Virus record (IMG/VR): IMGVR_UViG_3300037418_000840
DNA length: 64,000 nt
From: a virus
Lineage: Duplodnaviria > Caudoviricetes
Direction: 5' to 3' (one strand)
Position 1 is the first letter of the stretch. Every line of letters begins with the position of its first letter. The notes below the pieces were generated by a model. It did not search any database, was not told the DNA's origin, and saw only the letters and a list, made by a program, of their open reading frames with translations. A program made the translations under genes and the position numbers. Of this stretch, positions 9,668-18,846 are shown one piece after another.

Positions 9668-9952
9668 TCAGGTCCAAAGGTCGATCTTCAGGACTCCGCC
9701 TAGAACACCGACCGAAATCTCCGTGGTTCCTTTCTTGTACACGTCCAACTTATCAGACATGACACCACGGCGTGTGAATTTGTAGCCATCATGTTCCAGA
9801 CGGCGTATGAAGTCCGCAGCCTTGACATAGGCGTCGCGCGGCGATTCGCACTGAAAACTATTGGCCCCCATCGAGATACTGTACTGTCCTTCGTTCAGGG
9901 CAGGCGCGTCTTTCGCTTGGAGACGAGTTGCGGCCTTGAGTGTCACCTTCAT
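9668..9952 (-). CDS. LxAAxRL-leader protein
   Basis: N-terminus MKVTLKAATRLQA; body LEHDGY...YKKG. Confidence 0.8.
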   Translation of the reverse strand: MKVTLKAATRLQAKDAPALNEGQYSISMGANSFQCESPRDAYVKAADFIRRLEHDGYKFTRRGVMSDKLDVYKKGTTEISVGVLGGVLKIDLWT

Positions 9953-9954
9953 GA

Positions 9955-10251
9955 CTAGGCTCCAAACTTGAAGGACTTGCCGTTGACTTTCAGGTCAGTC
10001 AGTTTATCAGCACCGTCGCCATCGAATCCAATACTGAAATCGCCTTCGGGCACCGGCGTTTCGTCGATGGTGCCCGCTGGAACGTCTTCAACGGTGACCG
10101 TACGCGACGATCCAGCACTGCCGAGATAGGCAAGGATCGACAGCAAGCGTGGCACCAATGTCGCTGCCTCACCCTTGACCTTGAATGATACTTCGACTTC
10201 TTCGTCGTAAGACGCAGCAAGCCGTGCCGCTGCATTTAGCTTGACCTTCAT
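9955..10251 (-). CDS. LxAAxRL-leader protein
   Basis: N-terminus MKVKLNAAARLAA. Confidence 0.8.
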   Translation of the reverse strand: MKVKLNAAARLAASYDEEVEVSFKVKGEAATLVPRLLSILAYLGSAGSSRTVTVEDVPAGTIDETPVPEGDFSIGFDGDGADKLTDLKVNGKSFKFGA

Positions 10252-10258
10252 TTAGACC

Positions 10259-10933
10259 TCAAACGTGTAGATATCCTTCGGTGAGGAATCCGTGCCAACC
10301 ATTTGGCCCATCAACGAAGATGGATCCAGCACCTGCCGCACACGTGTCACCCCATTTACCGACAGTCACTTGCCCGGTTTCAGGATCACCTGTTCGTTGC
10401 CAACACTTATGAACCTTGTCGTCAGGACGAGTGCAGTTAGAGCAACGACCATCGACGTGCCATATGTGATGGCCTGGTAGCACAACGAAAAGCGCGCGGC
10501 CATCGCTACCACACATATGAGGATAGCGTTCATAGTGCGACACGAAGTAGGTGGCTCCCACAGGTGCCGCGTGTAGTGGGAACGTCTGACTAGGATCATC
10601 GCGGCGTCGATAAATGGGAGAGAAACGATGGCCCCAATGATCGTCGTTGGCAAAGACATAACCGCACTTACACTGCGTAGGAAACATGACGAGTCCGTAC
10701 GCAGTAGCCGCTTCATCTGAAGACAAGAAGCCCCCAACTGGACGATCATCAGGGATGTTACGGACCCCAAGTATCGCATCTGCTGAATGACCGCCTTTGT
10801 ACGGTGACAATGGGCACTTCAGCTCTTTCTTATAATTGCTAGACCGATAGACCTCAACCTCGTAGTCAGTGGTCGGCTCGATGAAGAACGTCTTGATCCG
10901 ATTGGGATCATGAGCATAAGGGCGCATCGTCAC
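10259..10933 (-). CDS. Cys/His-rich hypothetical protein (probable metal binding)
   Basis: CKCG, RCSNC, HKCW, TC...AGSI...WHGFL. Confidence 0.65.
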   Translation of the reverse strand: MTMRPYAHDPNRIKTFFIEPTTDYEVEVYRSSNYKKELKCPLSPYKGGHSADAILGVRNIPDDRPVGGFLSSDEAATAYGLVMFPTQCKCGYVFANDDHWGHRFSPIYRRRDDPSQTFPLHAAPVGATYFVSHYERYPHMCGSDGRALFVVLPGHHIWHVDGRCSNCTRPDDKVHKCWQRTGDPETGQVTVGKWGDTCAAGAGSIFVDGPNGWHGFLTEGYLHV

Positions 10934-10939
10934 ATCCTA

Positions 10940-12481
10940 TCAAAAGAGTCCACGCGGAGGCACACCACCGTAGGCATAGCGGCCCCACATTGAAGCTGGG
11001 GTTATGGTCACGCCTACAGCACCGATAGCACCGGGCTGCAACTTCGAAGGATCCTGTGACCCATCGCCTGACGTATTCCCCTTGATAATCAAATTCTGCT
11101 TGATAGGCTTCAGTTCGTTGTCGAGCCGCGATTGGATCTTGGCCGCAGCGTTGTCGAGGAATGTAGTCCGATCCACGTCCAAGCTGATCTGAGCCCCTTG
11201 GAAATTGAACGCCTTCTCACCCTCGGCCAGATACTGCGATTCGAGGGCCGCCAATTCAGCTTCCAGTAACCAGAACTCACGGATGCCGCCCAACGCGTTG
11301 GTGAACGTGAACGAGGTGAACTGACCATGAGCCACATTGAACGCGTCCGCCCCGCGACGAAGCCATGTCAAACACGTTGCTTCGGGGTACAGAAGATCAG
11401 GCGTCCCGTAAAGAGTGGTTCGCGCCTTGTTGATCTTCGCCAGCATATCCTGGATCGCGCTAGCAATCGACGGATTGATGATGAATAGATCAGCACGATC
11501 CTGACCTACGATTGCCGTGTTGTTCGACGCCCAGTAGCGCCAGACTACGGAGTACGGGACCAACGAGACCTGGAGTGCGTTCGTATCGATGACACCTGCG
11601 TAGTACCAGCCGTTCGCAACTCGTTCGTACTGCGTGATCACCACTGGATTGATGATCCGTTGACCGCCGGCCCAAAGTTCGATCGTCACGTTGTCATAAG
11701 GCTGATCCAGCACAATAGACAACGTGGCCGGCGCACCCTGAATCTCGACCCCAGGTTGGACTCCGAGAGGAACCGTATTGAGACCCACCACACGGATGTT
11801 CTCGTATTGGTAGAACGTGTTCTGGCCGGGGATGCCAGACAAAGGATCAGGTGGTGTCCCTGTCGACTGCGGAAGCGACAACGTGTATCGGAGCTGATAG
11901 CGTTGGCCGTCCAGTGATGGAGGAACCGTGGTCGGCACATTGATGATAGCCCGTGCCGTGGCGATATTGGCCGCAACGTCGGCACGAATCGTGTAATCGT
12001 AGGCATTGCCAGCCGCGTAGACCGTGCCATCTTCGGCCAACAGTTCCCAGGTGACGAAGCCACCTACAGGATCGACTTGCACAGGAAAGATGAAAACCGC
12101 AGTGCCGATCGAAGCTTTCCCTGCTTCGACCTCGTCCACCAAATCCTGGAATGCCTGTTGATTCTGTGCGGTGTACGGCACGAAGGCTGGATCGGCGGCA
12201 GTCACGGCCAACATCACGATGAAGATGCGAGCTGACGTGGTGACCGTCATCTTGATGCCGTACGACGTGCCGTCGTTGCCACCCTGAAGGAGGATAATGG
12301 CTGCCGCCGCAGCTCCTGACTGAAGAACAGCGGTCAGCGGCGTAGGACTCGTAGGACTTGGAGTCGACAGGCTAATACCTGTGATCGTTTCCCCACCGAT
12401 CAGCATCGACGTCACATCGGCTTGGATCGTGGTGTCCTGCTCAGGAGTCTTGAAGTATACGAAAGGAACACTCATGATCAA
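10940..12481 (-). CDS. putative virion structural protein (neck/adaptor-like)
   Basis: 513 aa, beta-rich N-terminal part and helical C-terminal part, in a structural neighbourhood; function not established. Confidence 0.45.
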   Translation of the reverse strand: MIMSVPFVYFKTPEQDTTIQADVTSMLIGGETITGISLSTPSPTSPTPLTAVLQSGAAAAAIILLQGGNDGTSYGIKMTVTTSARIFIVMLAVTAADPAFVPYTAQNQQAFQDLVDEVEAGKASIGTAVFIFPVQVDPVGGFVTWELLAEDGTVYAAGNAYDYTIRADVAANIATARAIINVPTTVPPSLDGQRYQLRYTLSLPQSTGTPPDPLSGIPGQNTFYQYENIRVVGLNTVPLGVQPGVEIQGAPATLSIVLDQPYDNVTIELWAGGQRIINPVVITQYERVANGWYYAGVIDTNALQVSLVPYSVVWRYWASNNTAIVGQDRADLFIINPSIASAIQDMLAKINKARTTLYGTPDLLYPEATCLTWLRRGADAFNVAHGQFTSFTFTNALGGIREFWLLEAELAALESQYLAEGEKAFNFQGAQISLDVDRTTFLDNAAAKIQSRLDNELKPIKQNLIIKGNTSGDGSQDPSKLQPGAIGAVGVTITPASMWGRYAYGGVPPRGLF

Positions 12482-12660
12482 TCCTTCTTATGCGTACGAA
12501 GAGAGGCACGCAGTTGCGGGTTTTTCGATCGCCCCTGAACAGTCATCGACGGCGCTTGCACGTTGTTGACTCCTTCGCCGGTCTGGGTACGTCGTCCACC
12601 CTTTCCCCACAACAAATCATCCTTGGCGCGGAGGAGTCGCGTAGCTGCCCTCAGTCTCAT
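12478..12660 (-). CDS. short basic LxAAxRL-leader protein
   Basis: N-terminus MRLRAATRLL; ATGA overlap with the upstream gene. Confidence 0.65.
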   Translation of the reverse strand: MRLRAATRLLRAKDDLLWGKGGRRTQTGEGVNNVQAPSMTVQGRSKNPQLRASLRTHKKD

Positions 12661-12962
12661 GATCGCGATGCTTCGAAGACGAAGATCAGCCGCCCATTCG
12701 ACACGGCGATGTTCATATTCAGATGATGGTTGTTCATCACCGTTTCGATGCGGCGCAGGTCAGAGGCTCCAACATCGTGCATGGTCGACGGCGCGCGGTA
12801 CGTGAGAGTCGTATGCGTGCCATCTTCTGATACAGAGACACGCAGACCCTTACCCAACATGATGGACATGGCGCGGTTCAGATCGTTCTTCACTGTGTCC
12901 ACCTCGGTGGCCGCACCACGCGCTTGAAGCCTCGCTGCTGCCCTGAGCTTGATCTTCTTCAT
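12657..12962 (-). CDS. LxAAxRL-leader protein
   Basis: Start reassigned to MKKIKLRAAARLQA. Confidence 0.75.
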   Translation of the reverse strand: MKKIKLRAAARLQARGAATEVDTVKNDLNRAMSIMLGKGLRVSVSEDGTHTTLTYRAPSTMHDVGASDLRRIETVMNNHHLNMNIAVSNGRLIFVFEASRS

Positions 12963-12975
12963 TTGGAACCCCGGG

Positions 12976-13431
12976 TTATGAGCCGACTGTTTCGTTGGTG
13001 CCAGTCCACACGAATTCTTCGACTGGAAAGTGCTTGTTGCAGTGGACACAGAAGGTTGAGCCGTAGAACTGGGGATCTCGTGCGTAGGTTTCGGCCAGCG
13101 CAAGTCCCATAGTGGTCACTGTCTTGCAACCAAGGCTGTCCAGCATTGCCTGTGTCCAGAAACGACCAGTGACCCCCGAATTCAGGTTTTGTGGATAGGC
13201 TTCGTATTTGACGTAGCCATATTGATCGTATTGCTTGTGCTCAGCTTCAGTCAGGTCACGAAGAGGGTACTTCGGCGCACGGCCTACATGCGTGTATGAC
13301 TGACGGACGGGACGGACAAAGCCACGCTTCCGTTCTTCCTCAGACAAGACAAGATACACGTCTTGTTGCCCTTCGGTTCGGCGCGCGTCGGCTGCCAATC
13401 GTGGATCATTGGGGTCAGTGGTGAGGCTCAT
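12976..13431 (-). CDS. phage Zn-finger-like hypothetical protein
   Basis: Start reassigned to MSLTTDPNDPRL (GGAG RBS); C..VTTM...ETYARDP.FYGSTFCVHC. Confidence 0.7.
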   Translation of the reverse strand: MSLTTDPNDPRLAADARRTEGQQDVYLVLSEEERKRGFVRPVRQSYTHVGRAPKYPLRDLTEAEHKQYDQYGYVKYEAYPQNLNSGVTGRFWTQAMLDSLGCKTVTTMGLALAETYARDPQFYGSTFCVHCNKHFPVEEFVWTGTNETVGS

Positions 13432-13439
13432 CGTGGCTC

Positions 13440-13757
13440 CTAAAGTTTGGTCACGCTGATGACAGTTACTCGGTGAGCAGTTTCCTTGACGGCCACCGCC
13501 ATAGTTCCGCCCTTCATGTAGGCCACACGGCGGCCACCTTCTTCGCATTGACGCACCATCGTCCAGCGATGAGCATCCAATGTTTCCACCGCATCCGCGA
13601 AATCAGCAGTGGTCATAATAGCGTTGACGAGGCCTCGACAGTTAGACGCTGCGTGTCCGTTGTCCCGAAGATACTGAACGATTGCGCGCAGGACTACTTG
13701 CACTTCGGTTATAAGACTGGCCTTCAATCTAGTGGCCGCCGTGAGCTTGGTCTTCAC
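13440..13757 (-). CDS. LxAAxRL-leader protein
   Basis: N-terminus MKTKLTAATRLKA. Confidence 0.8.
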   Translation of the reverse strand: MKTKLTAATRLKASLITEVQVVLRAIVQYLRDNGHAASNCRGLVNAIMTTADFADAVETLDAHRWTMVRQCEEGGRRVAYMKGGTMAVAVKETAHRVTVISVTKL

Positions 13758-15142
13758 TTCGTGTCGCCCTCGTTCAAGATATTGACGACCTTCCGCAGCT
13801 GAGAGTCGTTGAGACCGAACTTCTGGGCCAAGAACTCAGCATCGTGGAGCGACACTTGACCACGCTCAGCAAGATTGACCAGCGTGAACTTGATGGCCCT
13901 GGACGAGATAGCAACACGGAGGCGGACCCCACGGCTGTTACGGAACAATTGCTTGACCTCGAGGTACAAAGGCCGGCTCATCTCTTGAGCCTGCACGTTC
14001 GACGTACCGGGCCGCAGGTTGAATGTGATCGAATCTTGATCGACGTTGACCTTGCTGATCCGCTCCTTGTAGGAGAACATCTGCTCGCTGATTTGTGACG
14101 GATCGTCTTTGAGCTGAGTCGACAGCGGGACAGTCCCCAGGCTGGTCGCGAAGTCTTCGAGGTCCAGCAATTCGCTGATGGCCTTTACTGCCTCACCAAC
14201 TGACGAGACAGCGGTCCCACCTTCACGCAGAAGAATGGCGGGTAGCTCGAATTCGTGATTGACCTGGACCTGAACGTGTTCACCAACGATCCATTGAATC
14301 GAGATGTACAGATGCGGCGTAACGTTCCCGTCCAGATTCGTGGCGTTGACCAACATGATGTAGTTGGTGAACACAAGATCGCCGTCGTCAGTTGTGTTCA
14401 CGTACATGAACTGATTCGACGACTCGAACATCACGTGTTCTTCGATCTCCTGCATAATGGCTTGACGGTAGCGCATGAACGTCTTGGGCACATGCTTGGA
14501 CGCCACTTCGTTCAGGAAGGCAAGAACCTTCTTGAGTTCGCCGTCGACTTTGGCCTTCAGCATCTTGAGACTGTCCTCAGCCTGCTTGTAGGCTTCGCCG
14601 CGATTCTTCTCCTGGAACTGCATGGACATCTGCGTGCCTACTGCTTCGAGCATGCGATGTTTCTCGTACAAGTCCTCGGCCAGACCATACTGTTTCTTCA
14701 GGTCAGCCATGTTAGGGACTACGACCTTCGTCAGCTCAGGATCGATCTTACGCTTGAGGTACGACTTCTTGTCTCCGGCGTCGTCACTGATGTTGAACGT
14801 AAGGGCGGCCTTGACCGCAGACAGAGCCGCCGCAACCTTCTCGGGGAAGGGCTTGAGTAGGCGCGCCAACATCCGCTGTTGGACGTTGATGAGTGACGAC
14901 GTCTCGTCAACAGATTGGCGCATGTCGTCGAGGAAGCGTGTCACGTCGTCGATGTAACGGAACTTCGGAACCTCTACAGCGTTGACCTTGGTCTTTGCCT
15001 TGGTTGTCGCAGGAACACCAGTACGGCGTTCCTTGAGTCGAGCCAAACGCTCTTCAATAGACCGAGCCGAAACAGGCTTCTTGAGCGCAGCCGTTACGGG
15101 ACGGGGCGCGTTGGACAGTCGTTGAGCGGCATTCGTAGCCAT
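13754..15142 (-). CDS. large putative virion protein with a partial leader
   Basis: 462 aa; begins MATNAAQRLS; basic N-terminus and coiled-coil region; AGAAAGG RBS. Confidence 0.6.
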   Translation of the reverse strand: MATNAAQRLSNAPRPVTAALKKPVSARSIEERLARLKERRTGVPATTKAKTKVNAVEVPKFRYIDDVTRFLDDMRQSVDETSSLINVQQRMLARLLKPFPEKVAAALSAVKAALTFNISDDAGDKKSYLKRKIDPELTKVVVPNMADLKKQYGLAEDLYEKHRMLEAVGTQMSMQFQEKNRGEAYKQAEDSLKMLKAKVDGELKKVLAFLNEVASKHVPKTFMRYRQAIMQEIEEHVMFESSNQFMYVNTTDDGDLVFTNYIMLVNATNLDGNVTPHLYISIQWIVGEHVQVQVNHEFELPAILLREGGTAVSSVGEAVKAISELLDLEDFATSLGTVPLSTQLKDDPSQISEQMFSYKERISKVNVDQDSITFNLRPGTSNVQAQEMSRPLYLEVKQLFRNSRGVRLRVAISSRAIKFTLVNLAERGQVSLHDAEFLAQKFGLNDSQLRKVVNILNEGDTK

Positions 15143-15186
15143 TGTCTTTCCTTTCTAATGGTGGGCCTCAGCGTACTGAGTTAAAT

Positions 15187-16428
15187 TCAGGTGCGACGAG
15201 GTCCAGTCACATTGTCGCGGACCATTGCTGTACTGCGATCTTTGGTTGGAACTCGTCCACGATAGGGTAGTATGCGGAACATTTCTTGTGGTTGGATGAC
15301 CCGAACCTGGACCTCCCAGCCGAGGACATTGCGTTGTCGTGTGTTCCACGGATTGGCGTTCTGGACCACCAACACCTTCCCCAACTGAGATTCGACGATG
15401 ACGTCCATCTCGCCAATGGTCGGGCAATTCGGGCTCACGATAATCTGGAAGGGTTCCATCTGTTCCAGAAGCGACGTGTCACTTGATGAAGGACGACGGG
15501 GAAACTCGAAGTACACACTTTCGTCCGTGAGGTTGAACTGGATTTCGAGATGAGTGAACGTCCCCTTGTAAGCCACGTTCACCAAATGTTGACGACCGTC
15601 ACACCTAGACAACAGATCAGCATTGGATTGCAACGCCGTTCCGTCGACACTGAACACGGCACCGACTCGTGTATAGCCGTCCATGAGACGGAACGTGTCG
15701 ATCCCAATGGCTCCACGTGGGAGCACCATCAGTACGTTGAACCCAGTCTTGGTCGAGGCACTCCAGGGTGACTTCAGTGTGTTGATCTCGCTATCGACAG
15801 ACAGTTGAAGATCTGCTACAGTGAAGACTTGACGGTGAGCGTGGTACGGAGCAAATCCGTTGACGAACCCGGTGCCAAAGCAGATAGGACACGAGACTTG
15901 AGAGAAGCCGAGAACATTTGGGTCCCAGTCGCCAACCAACTGATCCACGTCAACGGTCTCAACTGGACCGTTGTCACCGAAATCAGGTTCCTGCACTTGA
16001 TCAGCGAATGGGAACGGCGCTTCGTCGAACGTCTTGATGTCGAACACCCCCTGATTCTTGTTCACAGGTGCGAACGGTGATGTCTGTCCCTGGTCGATAG
16101 CGTCGGGTGCAACGCGTCGCTCGTCATGATCATAGGGCGTGACATTGAACGACATGTTGCCAGTGAGAAGCCGGTTCAGCGTCCCGACATCGGCCTTGCC
16201 TGTTTCGTCCAAGACGCCGTTCAGTTGTTTGCGTGACGACTGACATACGCACTTGCGACCCGCAGCCAGTCGATTGTAGACCACGCACTGAATGCCCTGG
16301 ACGCGAAAGGCATCGTAGTACCGACGTTGCTGGACCGGAATGATTTCCTGCACCGCCTTCTCCGCCACGTCGGCGGCCCGAGCATTGGCTGGAAGGATTC
16401 GGTTGTTGCTAGGAGAGCGGAATGGCAC
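15187..16428 (-). CDS. putative head-completion/neck protein with split Zn-ribbon
   Basis: RKCVCQ and CPICFGTGF separated by a long acidic insert; beta-rich C-terminus. Confidence 0.45.
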   Translation of the reverse strand: MPFRSPSNNRILPANARAADVAEKAVQEIIPVQQRRYYDAFRVQGIQCVVYNRLAAGRKCVCQSSRKQLNGVLDETGKADVGTLNRLLTGNMSFNVTPYDHDERRVAPDAIDQGQTSPFAPVNKNQGVFDIKTFDEAPFPFADQVQEPDFGDNGPVETVDVDQLVGDWDPNVLGFSQVSCPICFGTGFVNGFAPYHAHRQVFTVADLQLSVDSEINTLKSPWSASTKTGFNVLMVLPRGAIGIDTFRLMDGYTRVGAVFSVDGTALQSNADLLSRCDGRQHLVNVAYKGTFTHLEIQFNLTDESVYFEFPRRPSSSDTSLLEQMEPFQIIVSPNCPTIGEMDVIVESQLGKVLVVQNANPWNTRQRNVLGWEVQVRVIQPQEMFRILPYRGRVPTKDRSTAMVRDNVTGPRRT

Positions 16429-16459
16429 AGTGGGCCTCCTTTGGAATGCGGCTCATAGT

Positions 16460-16468
16460 GTAAAATTC
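16460..16468 (-). promoter_or_regulatory. GAATTTTAC candidate late promoter
   Basis: Lies between a terminator and the start at 16428. Confidence 0.35.
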
Positions 16469-16480
16469 ATTCGCAGGCGC

Positions 16481-16519
16481 AAAAATAGGCACCGACCGCT
16501 GAGCGATGGGTGCCTTTTC
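16481..16519 (-). terminator. intrinsic terminator
   Basis: AGGCACC/GGTGCCT stem followed by ATTTTTG. Confidence 0.7.
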
Positions 16520-16535
16520 TTAGGACCAAGATAGA

Positions 16536-16844
16536 CTACAGGTGTCTCAGTATTCGTTCGCGGGCCAACGCACACGCTTGAGCCATGTCAGGTGCTTGGA
16601 GCTTCTCACTGCGATAGTTACCATCGGTAAGACGTCGATCGTAGAACACGCCACCATCAATCGTGACCTTGATCAGGATGCCTTGACGTCGACTATGGAC
16701 GGTCAACGACTTGGCATGATAGGCCGTCGTCCACTGCTTGTCCAGTGGAAGTGACCCGACTTCGCGTCGTATGATGGACCACGCGTTGGCGACCATCGCT
16801 TGGTCGGCTACTTTAGCCGACGTCTGTTGTACTGTATATCCCAT
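16536..16844 (-). CDS. hypothetical protein
   Basis: 102-aa ORF tiling the region. Confidence 0.6.
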   Translation of the reverse strand: MGYTVQQTSAKVADQAMVANAWSIIRREVGSLPLDKQWTTAYHAKSLTVHSRRQGILIKVTIDGGVFYDRRLTDGNYRSEKLQAPDMAQACALARERILRHL

Positions 16845-16864
16845 TTGGTCTCACTCGCTACTTC

Positions 16865-17308
16865 TTAGATCTGTCTTACTAAGATGCCCCGTTTCTGCAA
16901 CAGATAGAGGCCTTCGTCTGTGCGGAATTGTTCGTCGTACACTACTTCGGCGGTGCCTGTTCGTTGAATGAGTTTGGCACACGGAAGACACGGACTGTGT
17001 GTGCAATAAAGGGAAGCTCCAGTCGAGCTAACAGTCGACTCGGCGAGTTTTCCGTAGGCGTTCATCTCCGCGTGACTAACCTCCGGGTTGGACACCAGAG
17101 CTAAATGCAGTGTTCCAAATTCGGTCATTGTCAGTACTTCGTGCTCGCAACGATTGGGGTAGCCCGAGGGCATTCCATTCCATCCGTAGCTGATGACCGA
17201 ATCATTCTTCTCAATGACACACCCAACTTTCAATCGCTCGGCGTGGCTGCGTTCGGACACGCGCCACGCCCAGTCCATAAACATCCGATCTGACTCTGCC
17301 TTGTTCAC
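16865..17308 (-). CDS. dCMP deaminase
   Basis: HAEMNA and SPCLPC zinc-binding motifs; GWNG. Confidence 0.92.
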   Translation of the reverse strand: MNKAESDRMFMDWAWRVSERSHAERLKVGCVIEKNDSVISYGWNGMPSGYPNRCEHEVLTMTEFGTLHLALVSNPEVSHAEMNAYGKLAESTVSSTGASLYCTHSPCLPCAKLIQRTGTAEVVYDEQFRTDEGLYLLQKRGILVRQI

Positions 17309-17333
17309 ATCAGCCCTCCCTATGACTGATGTC

Positions 17334-17341
17334 TATTTACT
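17334..17341 (-). promoter_or_regulatory. AGTAAATA motif abutting an RBS-enclosing hairpin
   Basis: Motif followed by stem ACATCAGTC/GGCTGATGT (17307-17332) whose loop and arm carry GGAGG and whose base includes part of the GTG start. Confidence 0.6.
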
Positions 17342-17346
17342 GTGGA

Positions 17347-17508
17347 TCAGTCGGTCCTCTCTTTCTGAAGACGCAGCCACTTGTCTTGACCCCGTTTGGT
17401 GTTCGGTGTCTTTGGCTCGGGCTTAGCAGGCTTCGACTTCGGTTTTTGGGCCTTCGACTTCGGTGTTGCGGCAGCCAGTCGCGCTGCGGCGTTGAGTTTG
17501 ACTTTCAT
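17347..17508 (-). CDS. 53-aa Lys/Pro-rich LxAAxRL-leader peptide
   Basis: Start reassigned to MKVKLNAAARLAA (GAGG RBS). Confidence 0.75.
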   Translation of the reverse strand: MKVKLNAAARLAAATPKSKAQKPKSKPAKPEPKTPNTKRGQDKWLRLQKERTD

Positions 17509-17549
17509 GGAGAACCTCTTATCAATGATGATTGCACTCAAGTCTGCGG

Positions 17550-18056
17550 TCAATATCTGGAACGTCCAAACTTGTACGGCGCGTTGAGACGACGCGTATT
17601 CCAGTTACTGGTCCGAGACTGCGCGGTGGACTGAGTGAGCGTCACACGAACAAAGTTGTCTCGGTCGGGTTTCGACATCGTAATCGATGCCGGATTTGGC
17701 AAGTCTTTCAACGGGAGATAGACCATGTACTCGATAAGAACGATCTTCTTCTCTCCCTGTTCTCCCGTTTTCATAACCTTGCGTGCGGCCTTACGTCCCC
17801 GCCAACCGTCGGCAACAAGTGATTGGGCCAGAGCTCGCGCCTCAGTTGCAGGGACACGCCATGCTTGAAGGACACCCGCGCTTTGAATCGGGCCGCCACC
17901 CTTGGCCTGACCCGGCCCTGTCATCCGGACAGGTCGAATCTTCGGATTCATCGTTCGCACATACTGGTTCAGATCAGAAATCTTCGTCCCCTCGTATCCT
18001 GATTGAACCTTGGTCGAGGCCGCGAGTCGCGTCGCAGCATTGAGTTTGACTTTCAT
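17550..18056 (-). CDS. LxAAxRL-leader protein
   Basis: MKVKLNAATRLAA; body LVADGW. Confidence 0.8.
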   Translation of the reverse strand: MKVKLNAATRLAASTKVQSGYEGTKISDLNQYVRTMNPKIRPVRMTGPGQAKGGGPIQSAGVLQAWRVPATEARALAQSLVADGWRGRKAARKVMKTGEQGEKKIVLIEYMVYLPLKDLPNPASITMSKPDRDNFVRVTLTQSTAQSRTSNWNTRRLNAPYKFGRSRY

Positions 18057-18091
18057 GATTGTCCTTGAACGTTAATCGTCTCTATAGGTCT

Positions 18092-18463
18092 CTACGATAG
18101 AGTCTCTGGAGTTGAGTCCTCGAAGTAGATATAGGACGCGCCGCCCCACTTGACCACGAGGGGCCAAGATCCGTCCTTGTATGCGAAGTGACGGATTGTA
18201 GATGATCCGCTCTTATCTGAGGTCTCTCGCCAACCCAACTTAAGAAGCGCCTTTGTTACGTTGAGGGCGCCGACGGGATAGGCTTCAATAGCTTGGATCC
18301 GTCCGGCCTTGGTAACGAGGCGAACGTTGAGTCCCACCTTGTTCAGTTCCTGATACAACGAATTCAGACGCTCTTGTTCTGAAGGCGACTCGCTCGCAGT
18401 GACAGGAATTGCGGAGCTACGGGCAGCGATCAGCCGCCTAGTAGCATTGAGTTTGACTTTCAT
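18092..18463 (-). CDS. LxAAxRL-leader protein
   Basis: MKVKLNATRRLIA; body LLKLGW...AYKDG. Confidence 0.8.
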   Translation of the reverse strand: MKVKLNATRRLIAARSSAIPVTASESPSEQERLNSLYQELNKVGLNVRLVTKAGRIQAIEAYPVGALNVTKALLKLGWRETSDKSGSSTIRHFAYKDGSWPLVVKWGGASYIYFEDSTPETLS

Positions 18464-18472
18464 AATAATGTC

Positions 18473-18835
18473 TCAAATGAAGAAGATGGAACCTTCGCCT
18501 TCGTGTGAACGACTGAGACTGAACGAGCGGCCACCGCGCTTTGACCAGACAGTGCGCGAGCCGGCTTTGCGTGCCCATCCAGCGTCTTCCATCATTTGGA
18601 CACAATCTGAATACGGTGCGTCGGTCTTCACCGTGAAGAAATAACCCTTGTTCGGGCCAGTCAGCGTGCGGTTTAACAGCTTGTTAGGTATTAACACCAC
18701 TCGACATCCAGCCGACCTTAGAGACTTCTCTATAGAGATAGCCAATTCCTGGGCCTTCGGCTTCTGCGGATGGTCGTCGAAATTACTGAAATCTGCTGCG
18801 ACGAGCCGTGACGCAGCATTGAGTTTGGTCTTCAT
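18473..18835 (-). CDS. LxAAxRL-leader protein
   Basis: MKTKLNAASRLVA; body MEDAGW...WSKRG. Confidence 0.8.
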   Translation of the reverse strand: MKTKLNAASRLVAADFSNFDDHPQKPKAQELAISIEKSLRSAGCRVVLIPNKLLNRTLTGPNKGYFFTVKTDAPYSDCVQMMEDAGWARKAGSRTVWSKRGGRSFSLSRSHEGEGSIFFI

Positions 18836-18846
18836 CTAAGTCCCCC

